Program-made: the position numbers and the translations under genes
Assembly: GCA_002269645.1 (NCBI GenBank)
Contig: NIVC01000114.1
Span: 620,001-684,000 of the forward strand
Source: Macrostomum lignano
Lineage: Eukaryota
DNA length: 64,000 bases
Direction: 5' to 3'
The notes under the pieces: generated by a model
What the model was told of the DNA's origin: nothing
Seen by the model: the letters and a program-made list of their open reading frames with translations, nothing else
Databases searched by the model: none
Shown here: positions 52,073 through 64,000 of the stretch, piece by piece
Layout: the number at the start of each line of letters is the position of its first letter
Position numbering within the stretch: the stretch's first letter is position 1

Positions 52073-55000
52073 AACAAAATTACATGTACATGTAATAATT
52101 TGACATTCAAGTTTTGGGTAACTAGTACTAGTACAGCAATGTGACACAGAACAGAAGACAGAGTTTGACTTTGACCAGCAATACTTTGCCTCTTTACAGC
52201 CGCCGCGCAATAGATCCTAACAAGGGCCCTAAGCAAAAGATCCTACTAGCTGGGGATCCGTACTGCGGAGCTTTTAACATTCCCACTCACTAAAGGCCGT
52301 CTTCTCTTCAGGGAACCCCTCGCTGCGTACGTGTTCCAAAGCCTCACATATAATTGGCTCGAGGGCAGCCTTAATTCTTTGGCTTTTTGCCAGACATGAT
52401 CAATATGCCGCCGCACAGATACCAGCAGAGAATTGTGCCGAGCTGGTCACTATTGCCTTGGCGTTATTTTTTTCAAACAAAAAATTGTTACTCAATATTA
52501 GTTGCTTTCTTTCTCAAGCTGTTAGCTGCATGCGCCGCCTTCAGAATTTTTTCTTGTGCTTAATTTTTTCAGACAAAATTTACTGTAATTGTACATTTTG
52601 CAAAAATGTATTTTTGTTAATCTAGATATGCAAATAAAATTAAGCCACCGGCTGCACCAATTGCATAGTTTCCCGCCAGCCAATACATTTTTTTCACGCA
52701 ATTTAACGGAATTCTACCATGTTGACATTTTTCCGTGAATTTATACGTACGTAACTATAAATTAATTGTACGTGCTATCAAAACACGGACGACTTAAGTA
52801 AATACAACTGATAAATGTACGTGTAATACTTTTGAATGTGTGCATGTACATGTAATAACTAAATTAAGGCTTACAAAAACGATTGTAATAAAAACTATAA
52901 ACTGACGATTTGTTAATGAAAATTAAACCAAATTATGGTATGAAAAAGCATCTCGTATAAGTGCGCTTGTCCAACTATAAAACACATACATGCATCAATA
53001 GGATTGTAAGGGAGTAAATTGAGTACTTAAATTGTATATGCGGAAGTCTATACGTACAAGCTATAAAATTTATTGAAACTATAAGGCAGACGTATATGTA
53101 AATGTATATGAAGGCGAAATATATATTGCTTTTTCATTTAACTGAGCGAGATAATTTAAGATCTAAATACTGCATTACAGTTGCTGACTTCCAGAATTTT
53201 AGCGGGAACTAAACTTGCTGTACAAAGGGAACTTTGACATGACATTTTATTCATTGCGTCTTCTTGATCAATTATATGCATGCATGGAATGCATATCTTT
53301 TCGAAATTTTCTTGCATGTTATCTTAAGTCAAGAAGTCATGATGGATATTTAACAGTGCAATTAGGTGTCGAAGTCTGCCAACTATTTTGCTAATTGTAA
53401 TGGATAAGCCTTATCATCAGAAATCAGATGATGGATCATTTTATTTCAATTAATCCAGATCAGATCAAACAGATAGAATTTGCGTTAAATCAAAGACGGT
53501 TTCAGACGTCGTAAAACAAAAAATACTTTCTTTGATGTTAAAAATTCTTTTTTACAAATTTTAATTGACATTTGACTGACAAAGTTTGCTTAAAATTAAG
53601 CTTTTTGCTTTATTATTATCTCTGCAGTTGTATTATTTGCGTTCTAGAAAATTTTTTAACATGCAGCGTGCAGCGAACTTTTTCCTGTTATTAATCGATA
53701 CACACACGCCCAAGTGATAGTGACAGAGGTAACGTAACTGATAAGTGATAGCGTTACTGGTAACGTAAGAGTAGTCGTCCTTTCAGATTTTTTGGTAATA
53801 ACTTTTTTCGGTCAAATAAATATACATCTATAGAATCAAGTATACTTCAGACCTTCGCTTCCATTGACTGACGCCATTGTGTCTTGCGGTTGTTGCCACG
53901 TTATTGCAGTAGAATTTGGCAATCTAAAAAATTTAAAAGTAAGATTAAGATGTACGAACCTACGATGCTTCTTGCCTGAGCCAACTTACTACTACTACTA
54001 CTACCTACTTTTCATGACAAAACGACCTATACAATTTAACACTAGGTAAGCTAGGCCTAGCGCATAGACTCTAGACTCTAGAGTAGGCCTATGCGCTAAC
54101 ACTAGGCCTAGCACTCCCTTTTGCTTTGGGAAGCTAGGGAAAGTGCATCTCTAATTTTAGGTGGTAATGTAATATGTGTCAGTTTATTTCTATTTAAATA
54201 AAACTTGTCGTCTTCTAGTTAAGGTTTGTTTCTTCCAATTTTCTGTTTGTTTCTCAAACTTTTACTAATATTATAATAAAAAAGTAAGGGCCTAAAAACT
54301 GCAAAAAAACTAATTTCAGTAATAGCAGTTCCAATACTAATAGCACGTCTCTTCGATCTGACTAACAACCTTTTAGCACTAATTATTAGACTAGTGGTGA
54401 TGCTCTATCAATTGAATCCCATTAGCATTATTCAATTCCCTTATTTGGACTTCTTGAACTTTAGCTTAGGCTATTGTCAAGATCATGGCATGCATGCCTA
54501 GAATATATTTAAGGCCAAAAAACTTTCTTCCCCAATGCCCTGATTCTCCAAAACTCAGACTCATAATAATTTACCCTAATGCCCTAAGCTTGAACTTGAA
54601 GTAATCTTAATTTTTGCCCTTAATGTCCAATAACTCATTTTTATCAATGACAATAACTCATTTTATTTATCTAGATCTACATTGCAATATTGGCCAACAA
54701 ATAGGCAACATGACTTGGCTCTTCTAGCGTCTCAATCAACCACTTTGTTGTTCCCTGTCCTTATCTTACTAACTTACTTTGTCCTTGACCTAGCCCTACT
54801 TGTCTTTGCCTTGTCTTGCCTTGCCCCAATCTACCTTAAATAGTGAAAGCTTAACCTGCCTTACCCCACTTTGCTTTGGCTAGGCTAAATTTGCCCTGAA
54901 TTTTCCATGAAAAAAGCCACCCTGGCTATAGAGCTTAGGTTAAGAAAATTTTATAGTTTTGATCATATTTTTATCTTTATAAAACATAGAGGTTTTTGAT

Positions 55001-55796
55001 AGTGCTGATTTCAAATTTTAGCTTCATTTTTGTAGCTAAAAGCCAACCACTGGGCAGAGAAATGGGATTTTAGGGTTGGAGGATTATCTATAGGGATATA
55101 TTTTATATACCTAAACTTTACCTTCCTATGTATCTAAAGTTTAAGAAGTCCCCTCATTTTGTCTAGACTTTCCTTGTCTATGAAATAATGAGTTGGACAA
55201 AGAATGAGATTTTTTCTAGGCCCTGTTCCTGTAAATTCATAACAGCTAGCAAATTTGGCTACATGACAAAGTAGCCAAAGTAGATATAATGCAAGACTAA
55301 TGAACAAAGCACTAAAAGTTATAAGAAGATTAAGCAAGATGAATATAAAAATTAAATAAATACAATATTCAACAAGAAAAACAGAAATATAGACAAAAAG
55401 AGAATAATTGATATAATTGATCAAAAACAAACAAAATAGATAAGCATTAAATAGTTGAAGCTACAGATAAGAAACATTTAAAGTACATTCAAAACAAAGT
55501 ATATGCATGTTTCTAAAAGAGCCTATGCAATATGCATTAGCCAAAAAGGTATTTTCAATAAATTAACCTAGCTTATATAAATCTATTTTCATGGTACTTA
55601 CTTATACTAATCTCTAACTAATCAATGATTGGATCTTATTATATAAATATTCTTCCTAGTATTAATGCATTTTATAATATCTTTGAGTTATTCTAATATT
55701 GATAACTTGAGCAAATTCATTTTGTTAATTTCTTCATTGCAGCAAAAATTTAAATTGGACCTGCTCTTTAGCTATCAATAGACAGCAGCTATTGTC

Positions 55797-58700
55797 ATGG
55801 CTTCTCATAGTGTTTTAACAATACTGATGTGTGCCTTGATTTTGGTTATCATTATGCCTGTCACAGCTGAACTGTTCCATAGTAAGTTCTTTGAATATTT
55901 AATATTTATAAGATATTGTAAAAAGGGTTGTAGCCTAGTGGCTTAAGTGTTGGACTCATAGCTGTAAGGTTCTCGTCCCACTTGGAACAATTTGTGTCCT
56001 TGAGCAAGACACTTAACTCTGCATTGATTCAGTTCACCCAGCTGTAAAATGGGTGCCAGCATTAGCTGGAGTGATTGAGGAAGTGTGTGGCGACCCCCAG
56101 TCCTTGGACTGAACAGCTTTGGATGCGCCACACAATAGCTTTGGCTGAGCTGTCAGTTGCACATCTGCCTATTGCGGCAGGTATAATATAAAATGTTCAA
56201 TTCCCTTATCCAGTTATGTATAGATTATAGTATTGAATTTGAATAGAATTTTAATAGTCAAAACAGTCTAGTTTCTGCTTTCTTAGCCTTGTTTAAAAAA
56301 TAATTTTGCAATAAACAGAATAGTGTCCTTCATAATACTAAAGTTTCCGAATCAGTACTCCCCACATCTCATTTTTATTAAACAATGTATTTCAATTTTC
56401 CCATAGATTCCAACTCAGAACTTCTATCTCGCCAAAGGCGTGCAGTTTGCAATCCCGACTGCAAAAATGGCGGAGTCTGTGTCACCGTCAATGGCAAAGA
56501 TATGTGTCTGTGCAGTCTGCCCTACACTGGGCAGACTTGCACCGTCATTATTGACTATTGTACCACGGCACAGCCCGAGATTGGCATCGACCCCAAAGTT
56601 GCTCCCGTCTGTCTGAACGGTACATGCCTTGGTACTGTGCTGACTGAGCCCTACTTCAACTGCAGTTGCTTGCCGGGATTCAATGGTGAGTTGATGCGGT
56701 TTGTTTGTGTGTTATTTGGATATTCTTCTTAATGGATTATTTATTTATTTAATGATTACTGTAATCGGTTTGAATGTTTACATAAATTCATTTGCTCTTC
56801 ATTTCCCCCCTTCAAAATGAGGTCATTTGCCCCTCCCCAATGCTGGGGTCATTTGCCCACCCTTAATACGGGTCATTTGCCCCCCACTCAATACTGAAGT
56901 TATTTGCCCCCCCCTCTTAATACTGAGGTCATATGCCCCCCTCAATACTGGGGTCATTTGCCCCCCACTCAATACTGAAGTCGTTTGCCCCCCTCTTAAT
57001 ACTGAGGTCATATGCCCCCCTCAATACTGGGGTCATTTGCCCCCCCCACTCAATACTGAGGTCATTTGCCCCCCTCAATACTGAGGTCATTTGCCCCCCT
57101 CAATACTGGGGTCATTTGCCCCCCACTCAATACTGAAGTCGTTTGCCCCCCTCTTAATACTGAGGTCATATGCCCCCTCAATACTGGGGTCATTTGCCCC
57201 CCCACTCAATACTGAAGTCGTTTACCCTCCTCAATACTGAGGTCATATGCCCCCCTCAATACTGGGGTCATTTGCCCCCCACTCAATAATGAAGTCGTTT
57301 ACCCTCCTCAATACTGAGGTCATATGCCCCCCTCTTAATACTGAGGTCATTTGCCCCTCTCAATACTGCGGTCATTTACCCCCCCCCCAATACAGCGGTA
57401 GCAACTGCTATTCTAAGCTAAACTGTCATAAATCATCTCATTTGTGCCGCCAAACATTAACAGACTTTTAACCTACTAACTAGAGAGGTAACCACACTAA
57501 ACAGTTATTGCTTGGTTTATGGCGTTCAAAAATTTCAAAATTCATTCACTAATTGTTTTGAGCATTTTATTATATTTGCTAATTTGTAAAGATTTTTAAT
57601 CAAAACTCCACTTAAATACAATGGGCTTTTTCACCGCATAATGGGGCTTAAAAGCTTTGAGGTTAATGAGTAGTTTAATTAAGTACGTGTGTTTGAGTGT
57701 GACTTGTAATCGTGCTTCATTAGCTACAATTATTAGGGTTGCACTTTATAAATGGCTTGCTTTCTTGAAGTTAAGCTTGCATTTTCGAATTTGTGGTATT
57801 GCATAACTATTAACAGTTATTGCTGGCAACACAGATGCTTGAGGCTTGAATTTTATTTAACTGCCTGTTTCAAGTTGTAATTTTTATTGCAGATATGTTA
57901 TTGGCTTGTAATGCAAGCACATTCTTGGGAGTCATGGGAGTATTTGTTTGTACATAGCTTTGAGTAGTGTCCTTTAGGTGAGTTCACCTTCCTCTGTCTC
58001 TCCCTCCAACTCTCCTATCCACTCCTCGCTCCTCTCTCTCCTCTCTGCCCTCTCATCTTTCTTTCTCTCTTCTCTCACTCTCTCATCCCCCTCTTCTCTT
58101 CTCACTTCTCTCATTCTTCCTCTTTTCCGCCCCTCTTCTATCCTTTCCTCTCTACCTCTGCTCTCTCCCTCTCCACCTGTCTCTCTCCCTTTACTCTCTC
58201 CATATCATCTCACCTTTTCTCCCTTCTTTCTCCCTTTTCTCTTCTGTTTTTGTGTTTTATTGTTTTAAATCTTCATTCAATTCACAGTCACAGTTATTTT
58301 TAGTTACATGTAGTATTTTTCACAATACCTCTTTGGAGAGTTTCTGTTCAAGTGTTTACCTGTTTATCAAAGGTTCGATTCAAGAGTTTCGATAAAATCA
58401 TAGTCATAAAAATATGAATTTCCATAGGCAATGCGAACCAACCAACCTCACAAATGCAGGCACCCGATGCGAGAACAACATTGACGACTGCGCCACCAAT
58501 CCATGCATAAACGGCCTGTGTAAAGATTTAATCAATAACTACACCTGCAGTTGCTATCAGGGCTGGCAGGGTCGGCACTGCTCAGCAAATATTAATGACT
58601 GCTTCGCTGGCGCCTGTCTGAATGGCGGTCAGTGCATCGATGGCAATTCTAGGTTGGTAAAAAAACAATTTTTACGGACGATTTCAGTTTATTGTACTAG

Positions 58701-61700
58701 CAATCTTCGCCCCCCGATGGGGGACATCTGGATAGAATCTCTGTTCTCTACAATTAACAAAAAGACAGCCAAAAAATCCTTCACAAAGACAACAGACAAA
58801 CTGCTCAAATGAAGTGAATTGCAATAAGAAATCTTCCCAAGACCACAAGCATCCCCCAGATAGCAAGCATCCTCCAGATAGCAAGCATTCTCCCAGATAG
58901 CAAGCATTTCCCAGATAGCAAGCATCCCCAAGATAGCAAGCATCCTCCAGATAGCAAGCATCCCCCAGATAGCAAGCATCCCCCAGATAGCAAGCATCCC
59001 CCAGATAGCAAACATCCCCCAGATAGCAAGCATTCCCCAGATAGCAAGCATTCCGCAGATAGCAAGCATCCCCCAGATAGCAAGCATCCCCAAGATAGCA
59101 AGCATCCCTCAGATAGCAAGCATACCCCAAGATAGCAAGCATCCCTCAGATAGCAAGCATACCCCAGATAGCAAGCATCCCCAGATAGCAAGCATCACTC
59201 AGATAGCAAGCATCCCTCAGATAGCAAGCATCCACCAGATAGCAAGCATCCCCCAGATAGCAAACATCCCCAGATAGCAAGCATCCCCCAGATAGCAAGC
59301 ATTCCCCAGATAGCAAGCATTCCCCAGATAGCAAGCATCCCCAGAAAGCAAGCATCCTCCAAATAGCAAGCATCCCCAAGATAGATAGCATCCCCAAATA
59401 GCAACCATCCACCAGACAATAAGTAGCTAGAGCGACAATTTCCTTAGCTTTATAGTGGCTCCTTTAAATTGGCATGGCGCTTTATACCTTTACATTTGAA
59501 ATTGGATATCTTGAATGTTTGACATGGTGGCTCTTTTATGTTTGACATAGTGGCTCTTCTATGTTTGACATGGTGGCTCTTTTATGTTTGACATAGTGGC
59601 TCTTTTATGTTCGACATGGTGGCTCTTCTATGTTTGACATGGTGGCTTTTTTAGGTTTGACATGGTGGCTCTTTTATGTTTGACATGTTGACTTTTTTAT
59701 GTTCGACACGGTGGCTTTTTAATGTTCGACATGGTGGCTCTTTTAGGTTTGAACCGGTGGCTCTTTAATGTTTGACATGGTGGCTCTTTAATGTTCGACA
59801 TGGTGGCTCTTTTATGTTCGACATGGTGGCTCTTTAATGTTTGACATGGTGGCCCTTTAATGGTTAACATGGCGGCTCTTTAATTTTCGAAATGGTGGCT
59901 CCTTAATTTTCGAAATGGTGGCTGTTTTATGTTTGACATGGTGGCTCTTTAATGTTCGACATGGTGGCTCTTTAATGTTTGACATGGTGTCTGTTTTATG
60001 TTTGATATGGTGGCTCTTTAATGTTCGACATGGTGGCTCTTTAATGTTTGACATGGTAACTCTTTTATGTTTGATATGGTGGCTCTTTAATGTTCGACAT
60101 GGTGGCTCTTTAATGTTCGACATGGTGGCTCTTTAATGTTCGACATGGTGGCTCTTTAATTTTTAACATGGTGACTCTTTTATGTTCGACATGGTGGCTC
60201 TTTTATGTTTGACATAGTGGCTCTTCTATGTTTGACATGGTGGCTCTTTAATGTTTGACATGGTGGCTCTATTATGTTTGACATGGTGGCTCTTCTATGT
60301 TTGACATGGTGGCTTTTTTAGGTTTGACATGGTGGCTCTTTTATGTTTGACATGTTGGCTTTTTAATGTTCGACATGGTGGCTTTTTAATGTTCGACATG
60401 GTGGCTCCTTTAGGTTTGAAATGGTGGCTCTTTAATATTTGACAAGGTGGCTCTTTAATGTTCGACATGGTGGCTCTTTTAGGTTTGAACCGGTGGCTCT
60501 TTAATGTTTGACATGGTGTCTGTTTTATGTTTGACATGGTGGCTCTTTAATGTTCGACATGGTGGCTCTTTAATGTTCGACATGGTGGCTCTTTAATTTT
60601 TAACATGGTGACTCTTTTATGTTCGACATGGTGGCTCCTTAAGGTTTGAAATATTGGCTCTTTAATGTTTAACATGGTGGCTTTTCTATGTTCGACATGG
60701 TGGCTTTTCTATGTTCGACATGGTGGCTCTTGTATGTTCGACATGGTGGCTCTTTTAATGGTCGACATGGTGGCTCTTTAATGTTCTTCATGTTGGCTCT
60801 TTTATGTTTGACATGGTGGCTTTTTTATGTTTGACATGGTGGCTCTTTTATGTTCTACATAGCTGCTCTTTTATGTTCGACATTGTGGCTCTTGTATGTT
60901 CGACAGGGTCGCTCTTTTAGGTTTGAAATGGTGGCTCTTTAATATTTGACAAGGTGGCCCTTTAATGTTTAACATGGCGGCTCTTAAATTTTCGAAATGG
61001 TGGCTGTTTTATATTTGACATGGTGGCTCTTTAATGTTCGACATGTTGGCTCTTTAATGTTCTTAATGGTGTCTGTTTTATGTTTGACATGGTTGCTCTT
61101 TTATGTTCGACATGGTGGCTCTTTAATTTTTAACATGGTAACTCTTTTATGTTTGATATGGTGGCTCTTTTATGTTCGACATGGTGGCTCTTGTATGTTC
61201 GACATGGTGGCTTCTTTAGGTTTGAAATGGTGGCTCTTTAATATTTGACAAGGTGGCTCTTTAATGTTCGAACATAAAATGTTCGATTCAAGAGTTTCGA
61301 TAAAATCATAGTCATAAAAATATGAATTTCCATAGGCAATGCGAACCAACCAACCTCACAAATGCAGGCACCCGATGCGAGAACAACATTGACGACTGCG
61401 CCACCAATCCATGCATAAACGGCCTGTGTAAAGATTTAATCAATAACTACACCTGCAGTTGCTATCAGGGCTGGCAGGGTCGGCACTGCTCAGCAAATAT
61501 TAATGACTGCTTCGCTGGCGCCTGTCTGAATGGCGGTCAGTGCATCGATGGCAATTCTAGGTTGGTAAAAAAACAATTTTTACGGACGATTTCAGTTTAT
61601 TGTATTGCGCTCCGTTTATGACTCAGGGGTTGGCGCTCTCTGCAGAAAGATTGGGCGTTTCTGTTTGCACGGGTTCAATTTTTTTATTTATTTCATCTCT

Positions 61701-62959
61701 GACTTGTGTAACAAAATGTGTACCAGAATGATTAAATTGATTCTTAAAACCAGTGAGTGATTTTAGGCATAAGACGTAGGATTTTTTTATTAGAGGCAGG
61801 GGGGCTGTGTGCACCCTGGCGCACTTTAAGCGACATTGGCACACAACCGGCGAGAGGCATTACTGCCCATTCCGCCGACTCCCCTGAGCAGGCATACAAG
61901 CGCGCGGATACGTACGCAGGCACACACTCACACAGGAGTGTACAGCGGCCTTAACTTTATATTATAGTTAGGCATGTACACTTCACTGTGCCTTGGGGGG
62001 TTGGCTCTCAAGGCCGTTAATTGCACGAGCAGCGCCAAGCCGAGATTCCAATCCAGCCCCAAATTAATGTGACTGCACTTGGAATCGAGCCTGGGTCGCT
62101 GGCACACCAGAGCAGCTCCGCTACCGCTGGGCTACGGCCCCCCTATATTTAACATGGAATCCTACGACTATTTTATAAAGGAAAAGCTTTAAAAAAGGCA
62201 AGATATATACCATCAACATCGAAAAGTCGCCATCACAGAATATTCACTATTTGAGAGTGCACTCTTCACTTTTGAGAGTGCAGGTTAAAGTCTCTCGATC
62301 TTTGCGAGTGACGCAGCTTAGCTACGCCACGCGGCAGATTTGAGTTCAGGAATGAAGTGGGGGAAGCGGTGTGCGAGGGTTGGACGGATTAAAGCTACGA
62401 ATCTATAAAGCTATAAAGCTACAGCTAGAGTGGCGAATTTTCAATGTTGCTGAGTATACATCACAATATAACCACTGGCTCTCTTTCCTATCAAAAACAA
62501 TAACGACTTTTGTGCTGGAAAAAAAATGAAAACCTTCATTCTTCATAATGTATATTTTCGGTTCAATCAATTCTATTATATAGTCAAGTGGGTTTATTTA
62601 AACCCATAAAATGCGCCCACACCTTGACAGCTACACCTGCAACTGCTCCGATACGGGATTTCGCGGTGCCAACTGCAGCGAAAACATTGACGATTGCGCT
62701 TCCCCGTCCAACCCCTGCTCCAACGGTGGCGTCTGCATTGACGGAGTGAAAAATTACACATGCCAGTGTCTGGCTGGCTACTCCGGCAGGAACTGCACGC
62801 TGGATGAGCCTGACTGCGGTCCGAACCCGTGCCACTACAATGGCACCTGCTTAGAGAGAAGCAACCAGGCTCTGTATGGCAATGCCAGCCTGCCTTACCC
62901 GTTTGATGGCGGGTTCAACTATTCAGTGGCTGCTGGGTTTGTGTGCCTCTGTCCGAATG
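55797..62959 (+). CDS. crb: Crumbs-like EGF-repeat protein (5' part)
   Basis: Signal-peptide exon 55797-55881 ([24 protein letters not shown]), then EGF exons 56407-~56689, 58428-58652 (duplicated at 61336-61560) and 62631-62959. The atypical [30 protein letters not shown] resembles the Crumbs-specific module of CRB1/CRB2. The gene continues beyond the window. Confidence 0.75.
55925..56185 (+). mobile_element. tRNA-derived SINE, family A, copy 4
   Basis: A box TAGCCTAGTGG; body GTGTCCTTGAGCAAGACACTTAAC..CCCAGCTGTAAAATGGG. Confidence 0.75.
56817..57395. repeat. ~25-30 bp minisatellite (AATACTGAGGTCATTTGCCCCCCTC) in a crumbs intron
   Basis: Tandem units seen directly. Confidence 0.9.
58697..58790 (-). 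mobile_element. Helitron-like 3' terminus
   Basis: Hairpin plus CTAG-T as at 15063; the duplicated flank at ~61604 shows the empty A|T site. Confidence 0.7.
58845..59415. repeat. 18-bp minisatellite (CAGATAGCAAGCATCCCC)
   Basis: Tandem units; the LGDACY/MLAIWG ORFs are artefacts. Confidence 0.95.
59515..61275. repeat. 23-bp minisatellite (TTTTATGTTCGACATGGTGGCTC)
   Basis: About 1.75 kb of tandem units. Confidence 0.95.
61975..62143 (-). mobile_element. tRNA-derived SINE, second family
   Basis: Minus strand GGCCGTAGCCCAGCGGTAG (A box) and GGCTCGATTCCA (B box); no paired acceptor stem, so not a true tRNA. Confidence 0.45.
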
Positions 62960-63632
62960 GTAAGTTCTCTTCTGAGTTCAGTTAGCTTCCGATATTCACT
63001 GAGTCCACTCACTGCCGCTTGTTCACAATTTAAACAATTTGCGACAAAATAAAAAAATTGAAACTAACACTTTTGAGCCTTACACTATAGGCTTGTGTAA
63101 GCGACCCTTAATATCACAGTGTGCTCGCAACCTGGAAAAACCCTTGGAAAAAACTTAAAAATGTTTTTAAAGGCAAGTCATTGTAGAATCCGTCGACATG
63201 TGGCATAATAAATTGAGTTTTTTAAAGTCGATGAAGCTACCTTGGCCAAGCGAACACATATCGTAGTGTTATTTGATCGTTGCATTAACATTTAATTAGA
63301 AGTCGGTCTAAGTGCTTTAAGGAATACTGACTTCTAACGGTATGAATCATATGTTATTTAAACTTACCACTATCACTTATCACTTAGCGTTACAAGAATC
63401 GCTAAAGTGTCATTGCAAACAACTCCCTAGTGACTCTTACGAGTTTTTAACAACTCAAATGACTGTAATAAGATAAAGATGCGAGTTTTGAGTCACGAGC
63501 ACATCGAATGCTTTCGAAAATTGTTAAAACAGTCGCGAAAAAGTCCTCCAAAAGCCATCGTGTTAGTGCTTAACTTTATGATAACTTCAGTAGACTAAAT
63601 AGAGTTGCTATAAGTTATAGTATTTGTCATGC

Positions 63633-64000
63633 TATCTCAGCCTAGAGACATCCAAACTCAGCCAGTCCCATTCCGCAATGCGTTTTTTTGGTTCGAGCTA
63701 GTCGACTTTTACCATAGACATGCTTCTTAAGGCCATGCTATCTCAGCCTGGGACATGCAATCTCAGCCAATATAGATTTCAATTGCAAACAGATCTCAAT
63801 GCTATCATTTCAAACAAATAGCAATGAATGAACGCAGCAAGAAAAGTCAGTAAGGGTACGCAACAACGCTGAGATTGCATGTCCCAGGCTGAGATAGCAT
63901 GGCCTTAAGAAGCATGTCTATGGTAAAACTTGACTGGCTTACGTAAAAATCGCACTGTCGAGATGGGCTGGCTGAGTTTGGATGTCTCTAGGCTGAGATA
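63633..64000. mobile_element. Foldback/MITE-like element running past the window end
   Basis: Perfect 61-bp inverted arms 63707-63767 and 63868-63928 around a 100-bp spacer; the outer arm TATCTCAGCCTAGAGACATCCAAACTCAGCCAG from 63633 is inverted at the window end. Confidence 0.8.

Noticed and set aside
54051-54111. Cluster of short palindromes (CTAGGCCTAG, ACTCTAGAGT)
   Set aside because: Short and low-complexity, with no defined element ends.
57970-58268. Ser/Leu-rich 96-aa ORF
   Set aside because: CT-rich low-complexity intron sequence.
58684-61248. LGDACY, MLAIWG and HHIKHK repeat ORFs
   Set aside because: Minisatellite translations in several frames.

Overview
Repeat-rich eukaryotic (metazoan invertebrate) genomic DNA with GC-richer exons and AT-rich introns. 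The gene content suggests a free-living flatworm such as Macrostomum (inference). Host genes: an ankyrin-repeat TRP channel (3' part, +), the spliceosomal WD40 gene PLRG1 (-), an intronless protein of 33-aa ankyrin-like repeats (+), a secreted WSC+PAN protein and a truncated paralog (-), an MFSD4/NaGLT1-like transporter (-) and the 5' part of a crumbs-like EGF gene (+). Mobile DNA: a dead mariner, a piggyBac with an intact ORF, a THAP-carrying P-like element with TIRs and 8-bp TSD, 29-47 bp P-like mini-elements, a hAT MITE, Helitron 3' ends, tRNA-SINEs, a 5'-truncated RNase H LINE, and many mini/microsatellites. The standout is a young 10.66-kb Gypsy-type LTR element (37245-47902, ATGT TSD) inserted in the last exon of the MFS gene. 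Removing four 1-bp indels gives one ~2437-aa polyprotein in the order Gag - signal peptide - class III-like Env ectodomain - TM - PR - RT - RH - IN, followed by a small predicted-myristoylated RING ORF. All calls are by eye; no database searches were run.
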